From assembly GCA_021158245.1 (NCBI GenBank), contig JAGGVB010000176.1:8105-72104 (forward strand): a DNA stretch of 64,000 nt, in the 5' to 3' direction. The notes beneath the pieces were generated by a model. It searched no databases and was not told the DNA's origin. It worked only from the letters and a program-made list of their open reading frames with translations. Made by a program: the position numbers and the translations under genes. Positions 20,413 through 29,224 of this stretch are shown one piece after another; positions within the stretch are counted from its first letter, which is position 1, and every line of letters starts with the position of its first letter. The stretch is from a bacterium (GTDB lineage: Bacteria; Zhuqueibacterota; QNDG01).

Positions 20413-21981
20413 TTATAACAATTCCGCCCGTGCCCTGAAAGGATCATCTCCATTCAAACCGCGCACACGGGCACTAAGGGCATGAAACAGTTTTTTCTGT
20501 TTTTTATAGATAGAAACATTTTCAGGAATCGGCCTTCTGCGGCCTGCCTCATCCAGCTCCAGGAAAGGTGTAACAACTTCTTCAATGGGTTTAGATTCCC
20601 CCTTCTCTTTTATCCAGACCCAGGCCGCATGCAGAGCAGCACCCAGGGCGGCCCCTTCACCTTTAACCGGCAGAACTTCGGTATCAAACACATCTGCGAT
20701 GGTTTGGCACCAGGCTGGTGATTGAGAAAGCCCGCCGGTTAGCCGAATCTCTGTTGCTTCAATTTCCATTTTCTGAAAACCGTCAAAAATATTAAGTACA
20801 TGGCCTTCCAGAACCCCGCGGCAGAGAAACTGCGGAGTAAAATCATCCAACCCGAAACCAAAATAGAGAGGAGCAGCCTGAGGCAGGTCGGGAGTCCTTT
20901 CTCCCCCATACCAGGGGATGATGAGGCGGCCGCCGTTTCCTGCTTTAGTTTCTCCTATGATCCGGTTAAACGCATCATGATTAATGTCATATTTCCGTAG
21001 TGTTTCATTATATCCGCCTGCCATATTCGACACGCAAAGCAGCGGAAGATAATGCCCAGTACTATCGCAGAAGGATGCGATTTCACCGTCAGGGTCAATA
21101 AAGGGTTCTTCGCTGAAGGAAAAGGCAGTTCCGCTTGTACCAAGGCTTATTGTAACTATTCCCGGCATTACATTTCCCGTACCAACAGCGCTGTACATAT
21201 TATCACCGCAGCCCGCATCAACTGTACACTCGGATGAAAAACCGAATCTGTTAACCAGAAATCCGGACATCCTGCCGATTGATTGATCAGAAGGAAGAAC
21301 TTCAGGCAGCTTCTCTGATAAGCAGGGATCAATCGCTTTTATCACTTTTTCAGACCACGAGCCGGTGGCAGGATTCCAGAGGGCTGTCCCTGAAGTGTCT
21401 CCCGGTTCCATAACACGTACTCCGCCGGTAAGAAACCAGTTGATGTAATTGTGAACCAGGAACAAGGTATTCGTGCGAAGATACTGTTCAGGGTCATGCC
21501 GAACCATATGGAATATTTTCGCAGCTGTGTATCCTGTGCGCTGAGAATTGCCCACTTCTTTAATCATTGCCTCGGGACCGCCCAGTTTATCAGTGAGGAT
21601 GTCACACTCTTCCTGGGTGGAAAAATCATTCCAGAGTTTGCTGAATGGTAGAGTTAAATTACCTTCCTTGTCAAGAGCTACTAATCCATGCTGCTGGCCT
21701 GAAACTGAAATGGACCGAACCTGTCCGGCATCCACATTGCTTTTTTTCAGGTTAGCGAAAACCATGTTCACAGCCTCTATCCACATTTCAGGATTGGACT
21801 CAGATACTCCTTCTCCCCTGTCAGGCAGTACTCCGCTGTGAGTATGATATTGAGGCAAATCCGTATCGTAATTTACTGAGTCCACATAAACCACTTCTTT
21901 TAATTGCCAGTCGAGGATGACCAGCTTGCAGCTCTGAGTTGAGACATCAAGCCCTGCGAATAGAATACTCAAATTTTTCAC
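20413..21981 (-). CDS. FGGY-family carbohydrate kinase (xylulokinase-like).
   Basis: N-terminal LDVSTQSCKLVILD, GGERTP and C-terminal GGLSQSPAWCQTIADV motifs of FGGY kinases. 522 aa. Confidence 0.85.
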   Translation of the reverse strand: MKNLSILFAGLDVSTQSCKLVILDWQLKEVVYVDSVNYDTDLPQYHTHSGVLPDRGEGVSESNPEMWIEAVNMVFANLKKSNVDAGQVRSISVSGQQHGLVALDKEGNLTLPFSKLWNDFSTQEECDILTDKLGGPEAMIKEVGNSQRTGYTAAKIFHMVRHDPEQYLRTNTLFLVHNYINWFLTGGVRVMEPGDTSGTALWNPATGSWSEKVIKAIDPCLSEKLPEVLPSDQSIGRMSGFLVNRFGFSSECTVDAGCGDNMYSAVGTGNVMPGIVTISLGTSGTAFSFSEEPFIDPDGEIASFCDSTGHYLPLLCVSNMAGGYNETLRKYDINHDAFNRIIGETKAGNGGRLIIPWYGGERTPDLPQAAPLYFGFGLDDFTPQFLCRGVLEGHVLNIFDGFQKMEIEATEIRLTGGLSQSPAWCQTIADVFDTEVLPVKGEGAALGAALHAAWVWIKEKGESKPIEEVVTPFLELDEAGRRRPIPENVSIYKKQKKLFHALSARVRGLNGDDPFRARAELL

Positions 21982-22173
21982 TCCTTGGCAGGATAAACAC
22001 TATTGTTTATATTTTTTTATGCTTGCAGGTATAAAAGTTAAATTAAAACAGACTATCTTTAAAATATTGTAAATAATTTCTGCTGAAAAGTCAAGTAAAA
22101 TATCAAACTAATATTATTAAGGCCTGTTCGGAAAATTCAGAAGATCAGTAATAAAGCTTGATTATAATATAAA

Positions 22174-22204
22174 AGTCCGTGCTTTTTTTAGCGAAGCACG
22201 GACT
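22174..22204. other. GC-rich 10-bp stem-loop in a 518-nt AT-rich divergent intergenic region.
   Basis: agtccgtgct / agcacggact arms with an 11-nt loop. On the minus strand it is followed by TTTTATATTAT. No ORF explains it; possibly an sRNA or terminator remnant. Confidence 0.3.
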
Positions 22205-22505
22205 TCTTCAAGGGGTAGAGAGAGGAAAGAAGGTTCTTTTCCTTCAGTATTGAGTATAGCAATCATTGTGCCATTTTAAATAATAAGGTATAACTATAGG
22301 ATAAACAGGATGATAACTGTCATATTTTGTTTGTCGGATATCAGTTAAAAATTTTCAAAATAGAATAATATTTACACAGTACTTGCAAAAAGAAAATAGA
22401 AGGCCGGATATTTTAAATATTATTATAGTTGACAAAGGAAGCGGATTTATTTACCTTTTATAATTGAATTCAAAGCGTTTTTTTATTAAGATTTAGGAGT
22501 TGTAC

Positions 22506-25235
22506 ATGGCTTTTGATCAGTTGGATAAAATTTATTCACCTCTGAAAGTGGAAGACAAGTGGTATCAAAGATGGCTTGAAAAAGGGCTTTTCCACGCTGA
22601 TGCTGTTACTAAGAAACCACGATACACTATTATGATTCCTCCTCCGAATGTAACCGGTATGCTGACAATGGGGCACGTTCTTAATAACACTGTTCAGGAT
22701 ATTTTAATCCGCTGGAAGCATATGGACGGATATGAAACACTCTGGATGCCGGGCACAGATCATGCAGGAATAGCTACTCAGAATAAAGTGGAGGCAATGC
22801 TTAAAACAGAGGGCTTGTCAAGGCATGACCTCGGCCGCGAAAAATTGGTCAAAAGGATATGGGAGTGGAAGGAGAAATACGGCGGAATCATTCTGCAGCA
22901 GTTAAAAAAATTAGGCGCATCCTGTGACTGGGAAAGAGAACGCTTTACAATGGATGAGGGGCTGTCAAGAGCAGTCAGAGAAGTTTTTGTAAGGTTATAC
23001 GAAAAAGGCCTCATATATCGGGGCAGGCGTCTTATAAACTGGTGTCCGAGATGTCATACTGCACTTGCAGATGAAGAGGCTCCTTCTTCTGAAAAAGACG
23101 GTCAGTTCTGGCACATTGCTTATCCTCTTACAAACGGGGAAGGAGAAATTGTAGTATTTACAACAAGGCCTGAAACAATGCTTGGAGATACTGCAGTTGC
23201 AGTTCATCCTGATGATAAGAGATATAAAAAATTAATAGGCGAAACAGTTAAACTGCCTTTAACAAACAGAGAAATTCCCATAATTGCAGATGAACATGCA
23301 GATCCTCAAAAAGGAAGCGGTGCTGTTAAAATAACACCTGCCCACGATTTTGATGATTTTGAAGTGGGGCAGAGAAACGGCCTTGATCTGATACAGGTTA
23401 TTGATGAGAATGGATTTATGAATGAAAATGCAGGCTCGTACAGGGGGCTTGACAGATTCGAAGCACGCAGAAAAATAGTGGATGATTTAAAAGGCCTTGG
23501 GCTTTTAAAAGGCACAGAACCGAGGGTCATACCAATACCTAAATGTTACAGATGCGGTACAGTAGTAGAGCCCTTTCTTTCCGATCAATGGTTTGTAAAG
23601 ATGGGGCCCCTTGCAGAGCCGTCGATAGAAGCTGTCCGTAAAGGGAGGATAAAGTTCTACCCGAAACACTGGGAAGAAACATACTTTCACTGGATGGAAA
23701 ACATAAAGGACTGGTGTATAAGCAGACAGATATGGTGGGGACACAGAATTCCGGCATGGACCTGTCCCGAAGGGCATGTAACAGTATCACGGGACACGCC
23801 AAATGCCTGCAGAGAGTGCGGAAGTACTGAACTGACTCAGGATCCTGATGTGCTGGATACGTGGTTCTCATCCTGGCTTTGGCCTTTCAGTACACTCGGA
23901 TGGCCGGATAAAACTGATGATCTTAAAGCTTTTTTCCCTACTGACACTCTTGCAACAGGCCCGGATATTATATTTTTCTGGGTTGCCCGAATGATAATGG
24001 CATCTCTTGAGTTTATGGGCGATATTCCTTTTACAGATGTATATTTTAACGGAATGATCCGTGATCTTTCAGGGCGCAAGATGTCCAAATCTCTTGGAAA
24101 TTCTCCTGATCCGCTGTGGCTTATAAATGGTGCGGATAAGAATACCGTAAAAGAATTTGCATCAAGAAACCCGTCTTATAAAAAGGGAATACCTGCTTAC
24201 GGTGCAGATGCAATACGCCTTACAATGGTTTATCTTACTCCTCTCGGCGGAGATATCCATTTTGATCATACTCTTGTAGAGTTCGGGCAGAAATTCTGCA
24301 ATAAGATATGGAATGCTGCGCGTTTTGTATTGATGAATCTTGAAACTGACAGGGCAATAAATTCTGTTAAAGAATACAAACATGATGACGCTCTTATTAA
24401 CAGATGGATTTTGAGCAGGCTGCAGAAGGTTATTGAAAGTGCAAGGCAGAGCCTTGAAACGTATAGATTCAATGATGCTGTGCGTTCTCTTTACAGCTTT
24501 ACGTGGAATGAGTTCTGTGACTGGTATCTGGAAATGGTTAAACCTGCGCTTTATCAAAATGAAGATACGGAAATGAAGCACAGAGCACAAGAAGTTCTTT
24601 TCACGGTTCTCAGTGATATACTTAAACTGCTGCATCCGTTTATTCCCTTTATTACGGAAGAGATTTATCATGCACTTCTCAGCAGAGTAGGGAAAGAAGA
24701 TGTGGATCTTTCACTTATGGCAGTCCGGTATCCTGTTATGGATGAAAATTTTATTGATGACGAAGCTGAAAAACGTCTCGGGCTTATTCAGGGAACAATT
24801 ACTGTAATAAGAAATATAAGAAGCGAAATGAATGTTCCGCCCGGAAAAAAAGCAGAGGTATTTTTAAAGGGCAGAGAATATCTTGTTGATATTATAAAGT
24901 CAGGTGATGTCTATATAAAGAGCCTCGGTTCAGTTGATAAAATTACAGCTGGTGTTGATCTTGAGAGGCCTGCAGGTTCGGCAATGGGCTTTGCTAAAGG
25001 GGTTGAGATATTTATCCCTCTTGGAGGGCTGATAGATATTGATGTGGAGAAAAAGAGAATTGCTCAGGAGATTGAACGGCTTGAGAATTTTATTACAGGT
25101 ATTGAACGAAAGCTGATCAATCGTGATTTTATTGAGAGGGCTCCGAAAGAAGTAGTCAACAAGGAGAAACAGAAACAAGCTGATGCTCATGAAAAACTGG
25201 AAACATTGAGAAAAAATCTGGATTTTCTGATATAG
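22506..25235 (+). CDS. valS: Valyl-tRNA synthetase.
   Basis: PPPNVTGMLTMGHV (HIGH) and KMSKSLGN motifs, and a C-terminal coiled-coil. I prefer the ATG at 22506 (AGGAG at 22495-22499, 6-nt spacing) over the TTG at 22500 in the ORF track. Confidence 0.95.
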   Translation: MAFDQLDKIYSPLKVEDKWYQRWLEKGLFHADAVTKKPRYTIMIPPPNVTGMLTMGHVLNNTVQDILIRWKHMDGYETLWMPGTDHAGIATQNKVEAMLKTEGLSRHDLGREKLVKRIWEWKEKYGGIILQQLKKLGASCDWERERFTMDEGLSRAVREVFVRLYEKGLIYRGRRLINWCPRCHTALADEEAPSSEKDGQFWHIAYPLTNGEGEIVVFTTRPETMLGDTAVAVHPDDKRYKKLIGETVKLPLTNREIPIIADEHADPQKGSGAVKITPAHDFDDFEVGQRNGLDLIQVIDENGFMNENAGSYRGLDRFEARRKIVDDLKGLGLLKGTEPRVIPIPKCYRCGTVVEPFLSDQWFVKMGPLAEPSIEAVRKGRIKFYPKHWEETYFHWMENIKDWCISRQIWWGHRIPAWTCPEGHVTVSRDTPNACRECGSTELTQDPDVLDTWFSSWLWPFSTLGWPDKTDDLKAFFPTDTLATGPDIIFFWVARMIMASLEFMGDIPFTDVYFNGMIRDLSGRKMSKSLGNSPDPLWLINGADKNTVKEFASRNPSYKKGIPAYGADAIRLTMVYLTPLGGDIHFDHTLVEFGQKFCNKIWNAARFVLMNLETDRAINSVKEYKHDDALINRWILSRLQKVIESARQSLETYRFNDAVRSLYSFTWNEFCDWYLEMVKPALYQNEDTEMKHRAQEVLFTVLSDILKLLHPFIPFITEEIYHALLSRVGKEDVDLSLMAVRYPVMDENFIDDEAEKRLGLIQGTITVIRNIRSEMNVPPGKKAEVFLKGREYLVDIIKSGDVYIKSLGSVDKITAGVDLERPAGSAMGFAKGVEIFIPLGGLIDIDVEKKRIAQEIERLENFITGIERKLINRDFIERAPKEVVNKEKQKQADAHEKLETLRKNLDFLI

Positions 25236-25315
25236 ATAAAAAATATGTTTATAAACCGGATAAAGAGAGAAGAGCTTTGCCGGTTTCGGAGATGTTAAAT
25301 TTAAGGAGGTGTCTT

Positions 25316-26662
25316 ATGAAGAAGGGAACTCTTATAGCAGTTATTTTGCTTTCTGCTGCAGCCCTTGCAGCGAGAGATCATGTAGCAGTTACTATTTATA
25401 ATCAAAACAGGGCGCTTGTAAGAGAAATACGCTCTATGAACATAGTGAAGGGAACCGGTATACTCTCTTTTAAAGATGTTGCGTCGAGGATTGATCCCAC
25501 GTCTGTTTACTTTATCTCACAAACATCACCTGACAAGCTGACAGTTATAGAGCAGAATTATGAGTATGATCTTGTTAATTCCGATAAAATATTAAATAAG
25601 TATATTGATAAAAATATTACTCTTGTTTCAAAAGACGGAGATGTCTTTAAAGGAATTCTCCTAAGCAGAGGAGGAGGTAATATTGTTTTATCAACTAACA
25701 GAGGAATTAAAATTATCCGTCAGGATGTGCTTGAAAGATATGACTTGCCCGAACTGCCCTCAGGGCTTATTACAAAGCCTACTCTTGTGTGGCAGGTAAA
25801 TAACCTGGGCCCCGTAAATCAGGATGTTGAGGTAAGCTATTTAACAGGCGGAATGACCTGGCATGCAGAATATATTGCTGTTGTGTCAAATGACGATAAG
25901 AAGCTGAGTCTCAACGGCTGGGTTTCAATCAAAAACTCTTCAGGTACAGCATTCAGCAATGCAAAAATTAAACTTGTTGCAGGTGATGTAAATGTTGCGA
26001 AAAAAACCAACCCTGCCCCGAGATCGGAAGCAGGTGCTCTCTACATGGCCAAACAGGCACCTCAATTTGAGGAAAAGAGCTTCTTTGAATATCATCTTTA
26101 TACTTTAAACAGACCTGCAACACTCAAAAATAATCAAATCAAACAGATTACACTGTTTCCGGCTGCAAAAGTCGACACAAAAAAGGTGTATACGTTTGAT
26201 TCTGTGAAATCAGGGAATAAAGTGGCTGTAAAGCTTGTTTTTAAGAATAAAAAATCATCAGGGCTGGGATTACCTCTGCCAAAAGGAAAGATTAGAGTTT
26301 ATAAACAGGATGAAGATGGTGCACAGGAATTTATCGGTGAAGATTATATTGACCATACCCCGAAAGGCGAAGAGATAAATGTGCTTTTAGGAAACGCCTT
26401 TGACATTACAGGTAAAAGAAAATCAGTATCACAAAAGAAAATAAGCAAGCGTGTAAGAGAGGAGACGTATGAGATTTCCCTGCGAAATCATAAGGATGTT
26501 CCTGTACAGATAGTTGTTCTGGAACATTTATGGGGAGATTGGAAAATTATGAAGAGTTCTCATCCTTATACTAAAAAAGATGTATCCACAATTAAGTTTG
26601 TTGTTACAGTAAAACCTGAAAGCAGCGAAACAGTATCTTATACTTCGCGTCTTTCATGGTAG
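25316..26662 (+). CDS. Secreted DUF4140/DUF4139-like protein (MuiA-like), unknown function.
   Basis: Signal peptide MKKGTLIAVILLSAAALA. The N-terminal block HVAVTIYNQNRALVREIRSMNIVKGTGILSFKDVASRIDPTSVYF resembles the DUF4140 pattern. Start moved to the ATG at 25316 behind AGGAGG (25304-25309). Confidence 0.55.
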   Translation: MKKGTLIAVILLSAAALAARDHVAVTIYNQNRALVREIRSMNIVKGTGILSFKDVASRIDPTSVYFISQTSPDKLTVIEQNYEYDLVNSDKILNKYIDKNITLVSKDGDVFKGILLSRGGGNIVLSTNRGIKIIRQDVLERYDLPELPSGLITKPTLVWQVNNLGPVNQDVEVSYLTGGMTWHAEYIAVVSNDDKKLSLNGWVSIKNSSGTAFSNAKIKLVAGDVNVAKKTNPAPRSEAGALYMAKQAPQFEEKSFFEYHLYTLNRPATLKNNQIKQITLFPAAKVDTKKVYTFDSVKSGNKVAVKLVFKNKKSSGLGLPLPKGKIRVYKQDEDGAQEFIGEDYIDHTPKGEEINVLLGNAFDITGKRKSVSQKKISKRVREETYEISLRNHKDVPVQIVVLEHLWGDWKIMKSSHPYTKKDVSTIKFVVTVKPESSETVSYTSRLSW

Positions 26663-26685
26663 AAGAATAACACGTTTATAATCCT

Positions 26686-28788
26686 TTGGAAAAGAAAGAA
26701 AATATTTCTCCGGACACTCCTGTTCAGTACCTGAAAGGTATAGGGCCCAAACGTGCTACTGTTTTAAAGAGCGTTGGTATTAATACAGCGGGAGAATTGC
26801 TGGCCTATTTCCCGAGGCGTTACCTCGACAGAAGCAGCATAACTTCAATAAACAGAATTGAACCGGGTAAAGAAATTACTGTTGTCGGCCGTGTAATTGT
26901 ATGTCAGACAATTAAAGGCAGGCGGCCGCGCTTTGTTGTGCAGATTGAAGACGGCACAGGGCTTTTACAGTGTGTCTGGTTTCAGGGGATTTCATATATT
27001 GCCAAAGCTTTTAACCAGGGAGATACTGTTGCATTCAGTGGAAAAGCTACTTTTTACAGATCTCTTCAGCTTGTGCATCCGGATTTTGATAAAATATTTG
27101 AAGAGGGTGAACCGGACGGAATAAATACCGGAAGAATAATTCCCCTCTATCCGTCAACTGAAAAATTGTCGCGGCTTGGCCTGGACAGCAGGGGATTCAG
27201 AAAAGTAATCAAAACTGCAATTTCTCTTGTGTGCAGCGGAATACAGGAGATTTTTCCTGATTCCATTTTATCTTCTTTCAGGCTTATGGTCCTTTCTGAA
27301 GCATTTCAGCAGGTACATTTTCCGGATAACTGGGATAAATTATACAGGGCAAGGTACCGCTTTAAGTTTGAGGAGTTGTTCTTTTTGCAGCTGTTTTTAG
27401 CTCTTGAAAGAAATAAGCGGATAAAAGAGCACAATGGTATTTCATTTCAAAAGGCCGGAAGCCTGACGAGAGAATTCATTTCCGAACTTGATTTTGAGTT
27501 GACCAATGCACAGAAACGTGTTTTAAGGGAAATTCATAATGATATGAAATCCCGGAAAGTGATGAACCGGCTGATCCAGGGTGATGTTGGTTCCGGCAAG
27601 ACAGTTGTAAGCCTGATTGCAATGCTTATTGCAGTTGAAAACGGTTATCAGGCTGCATTGATGGCACCTACTGAAATACTTGCTGAACAGCACTTTCTGG
27701 TAATTCACAGCCAGCTTGAGAAACTCGGTGTTAAAACTATGCTGCTGAGAGGCGGGCATACTGTTTCCCGACGAAAAGAGATGTACGAATCCATACGGTC
27801 GGGAGATATTAATATTGTTGTTGGCACACATGCACTTGTACAGGATGATGTGGGATTTAAGAATCTCGGACTTGTTGTAATAGATGAACAGCACAGGTTC
27901 GGAGTAATGCAGCGTGCAAAACTTATGGAAAAGGGTATGAATCCCGATGTCCTGCTTATGACTGCAACACCGATTCCCAGGACTCTTGCACTCACGTTTT
28001 ACGGGGATTTGGACGTATCTGTGATAGATGAACTTCCGTCAGGCAGACAACCTGTAACAACAGTGTGGAGAAAGGCAAAAGAGAGAAGCAAGATATACAC
28101 TTATATTAAAGATGCCGTAAGACGAGGAGAGCAGGTTTACATTGTTTATCCTCTTCTTGAAGAATCTGAAAAGATTGATCTTGCTGCAGCTACTCAGGAA
28201 TATGAAAAGCTCTCAAATAGTGTTTTTACTGATTTTAACGTCGGCCTTATACACGGGCGCATGAAATCCGATGAAAAAGAGAGTGTTATGAATGCTTTTA
28301 AATCAGGAGAAATCAGTATCCTTGTAAGTACAACTGTTATTGAGGTAGGAGTAGATGTCCCTAACGCAACTGTAATGCTGATTGAGCACGCAGAGCGCTT
28401 TGGCCTTACGCAGCTGCATCAATTGAGAGGAAGAGTAGGCAGAGGCCCGAAAAAATCTTATTGTATACTTATTACAAGCGGAAAAATTACAGAAGAGGGC
28501 GTAAAGAGAGTTGAGGCCCTTACGCAGACAAATGACGGGTTTAAAATAGCAGAGGCTGATTTAAAACTCAGAGGGCCCGGAGAGCTGTATGGGACAAAAC
28601 AGCACGGAGATCTCGGCCTGAGAATCGCAGACCTCGTTACAGACGGTGAAATCCTTAACAAGGCGAGAAAAGCGGCATTTAAGCTTGTTATGGAAAATCC
28701 TGATCTTAACGGTGATGAATTTTCACTTTTAAAAGATAAATATTTTGAGATATACAAAAGCAGATTCGGCTTAATTCAGGTCGGTTGA
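26686..28788 (+). CDS. recG: ATP-dependent DNA helicase RecG.
   Basis: Wedge domain followed by SF2 helicase motifs GDVGSGKT, DEQHRFG and QLRGRVGRG. 700 aa. Confidence 0.95.
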   Translation: MEKKENISPDTPVQYLKGIGPKRATVLKSVGINTAGELLAYFPRRYLDRSSITSINRIEPGKEITVVGRVIVCQTIKGRRPRFVVQIEDGTGLLQCVWFQGISYIAKAFNQGDTVAFSGKATFYRSLQLVHPDFDKIFEEGEPDGINTGRIIPLYPSTEKLSRLGLDSRGFRKVIKTAISLVCSGIQEIFPDSILSSFRLMVLSEAFQQVHFPDNWDKLYRARYRFKFEELFFLQLFLALERNKRIKEHNGISFQKAGSLTREFISELDFELTNAQKRVLREIHNDMKSRKVMNRLIQGDVGSGKTVVSLIAMLIAVENGYQAALMAPTEILAEQHFLVIHSQLEKLGVKTMLLRGGHTVSRRKEMYESIRSGDINIVVGTHALVQDDVGFKNLGLVVIDEQHRFGVMQRAKLMEKGMNPDVLLMTATPIPRTLALTFYGDLDVSVIDELPSGRQPVTTVWRKAKERSKIYTYIKDAVRRGEQVYIVYPLLEESEKIDLAAATQEYEKLSNSVFTDFNVGLIHGRMKSDEKESVMNAFKSGEISILVSTTVIEVGVDVPNATVMLIEHAERFGLTQLHQLRGRVGRGPKKSYCILITSGKITEEGVKRVEALTQTNDGFKIAEADLKLRGPGELYGTKQHGDLGLRIADLVTDGEILNKARKAAFKLVMENPDLNGDEFSLLKDKYFEIYKSRFGLIQVG

Positions 28789-28826
28789 TTATTCAGCACT
28801 GCCGGGTTTACTCACAGAATTAAAAA

Positions 28827-29114
28827 ATGGAGATATACATGGAATCGGAGCAAAATAAGTATGATGCATTATTCTATCAACTCATAGTTGTATTTCAAAC
28901 AGCAGCTCTTCAGCAGATGGGCAGAATGATGAACCCCTCTTCGGAAAAGGCCGAATTGAATCTGGAACAGGCCAGATTTTCCATAGATATTCTTGATATG
29001 CTGAGAACAAAGACAATAGGAAATTTAAATGAAAAAGAAGAGAAATTCCTTGATGATGTAGTAAGCGGGCTTCAGCTTACACTAATTTCAGAGGAGAACA
29101 AGAAAAACCAATAA
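28827..29114 (+). CDS. DUF1844-like small conserved protein.
   Basis: 95 aa. The pattern ...LNLEQARFSIDILDMLRTKTIGNLNEKEEKFLDDVVSGLQL matches my recollection of DUF1844 (..IDLL.ML.EKTKGNL..EE..LL). Confidence 0.5.
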   Translation: MEIYMESEQNKYDALFYQLIVVFQTAALQQMGRMMNPSSEKAELNLEQARFSIDILDMLRTKTIGNLNEKEEKFLDDVVSGLQLTLISEENKKNQ

Positions 29115-29224
29115 TAATAGTTTTTATAAGGCGGAAATACATAATACTTGATTTAAAATAAATTTCGCTGTATCTTTTTCTAACTTCTTAATAATTATGA
29201 TTATTCCAAGAGCGGAGGATATAA

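Noticed and set aside
22429-22464. TTGACA ... TATAAT hexamers upstream of valS.
   Set aside because: Both hexamers are perfect, but the spacer is 24 nt, incompatible with a sigma70-type promoter. Likely coincidental in AT-rich sequence.
22213-22505. T-box leader upstream of valS.
   Set aside because: No T-box consensus (AATTAGGGTGGTACCGCG-like) or specifier/antiterminator arrangement is visible. T-boxes are also not expected to be common in this lineage.
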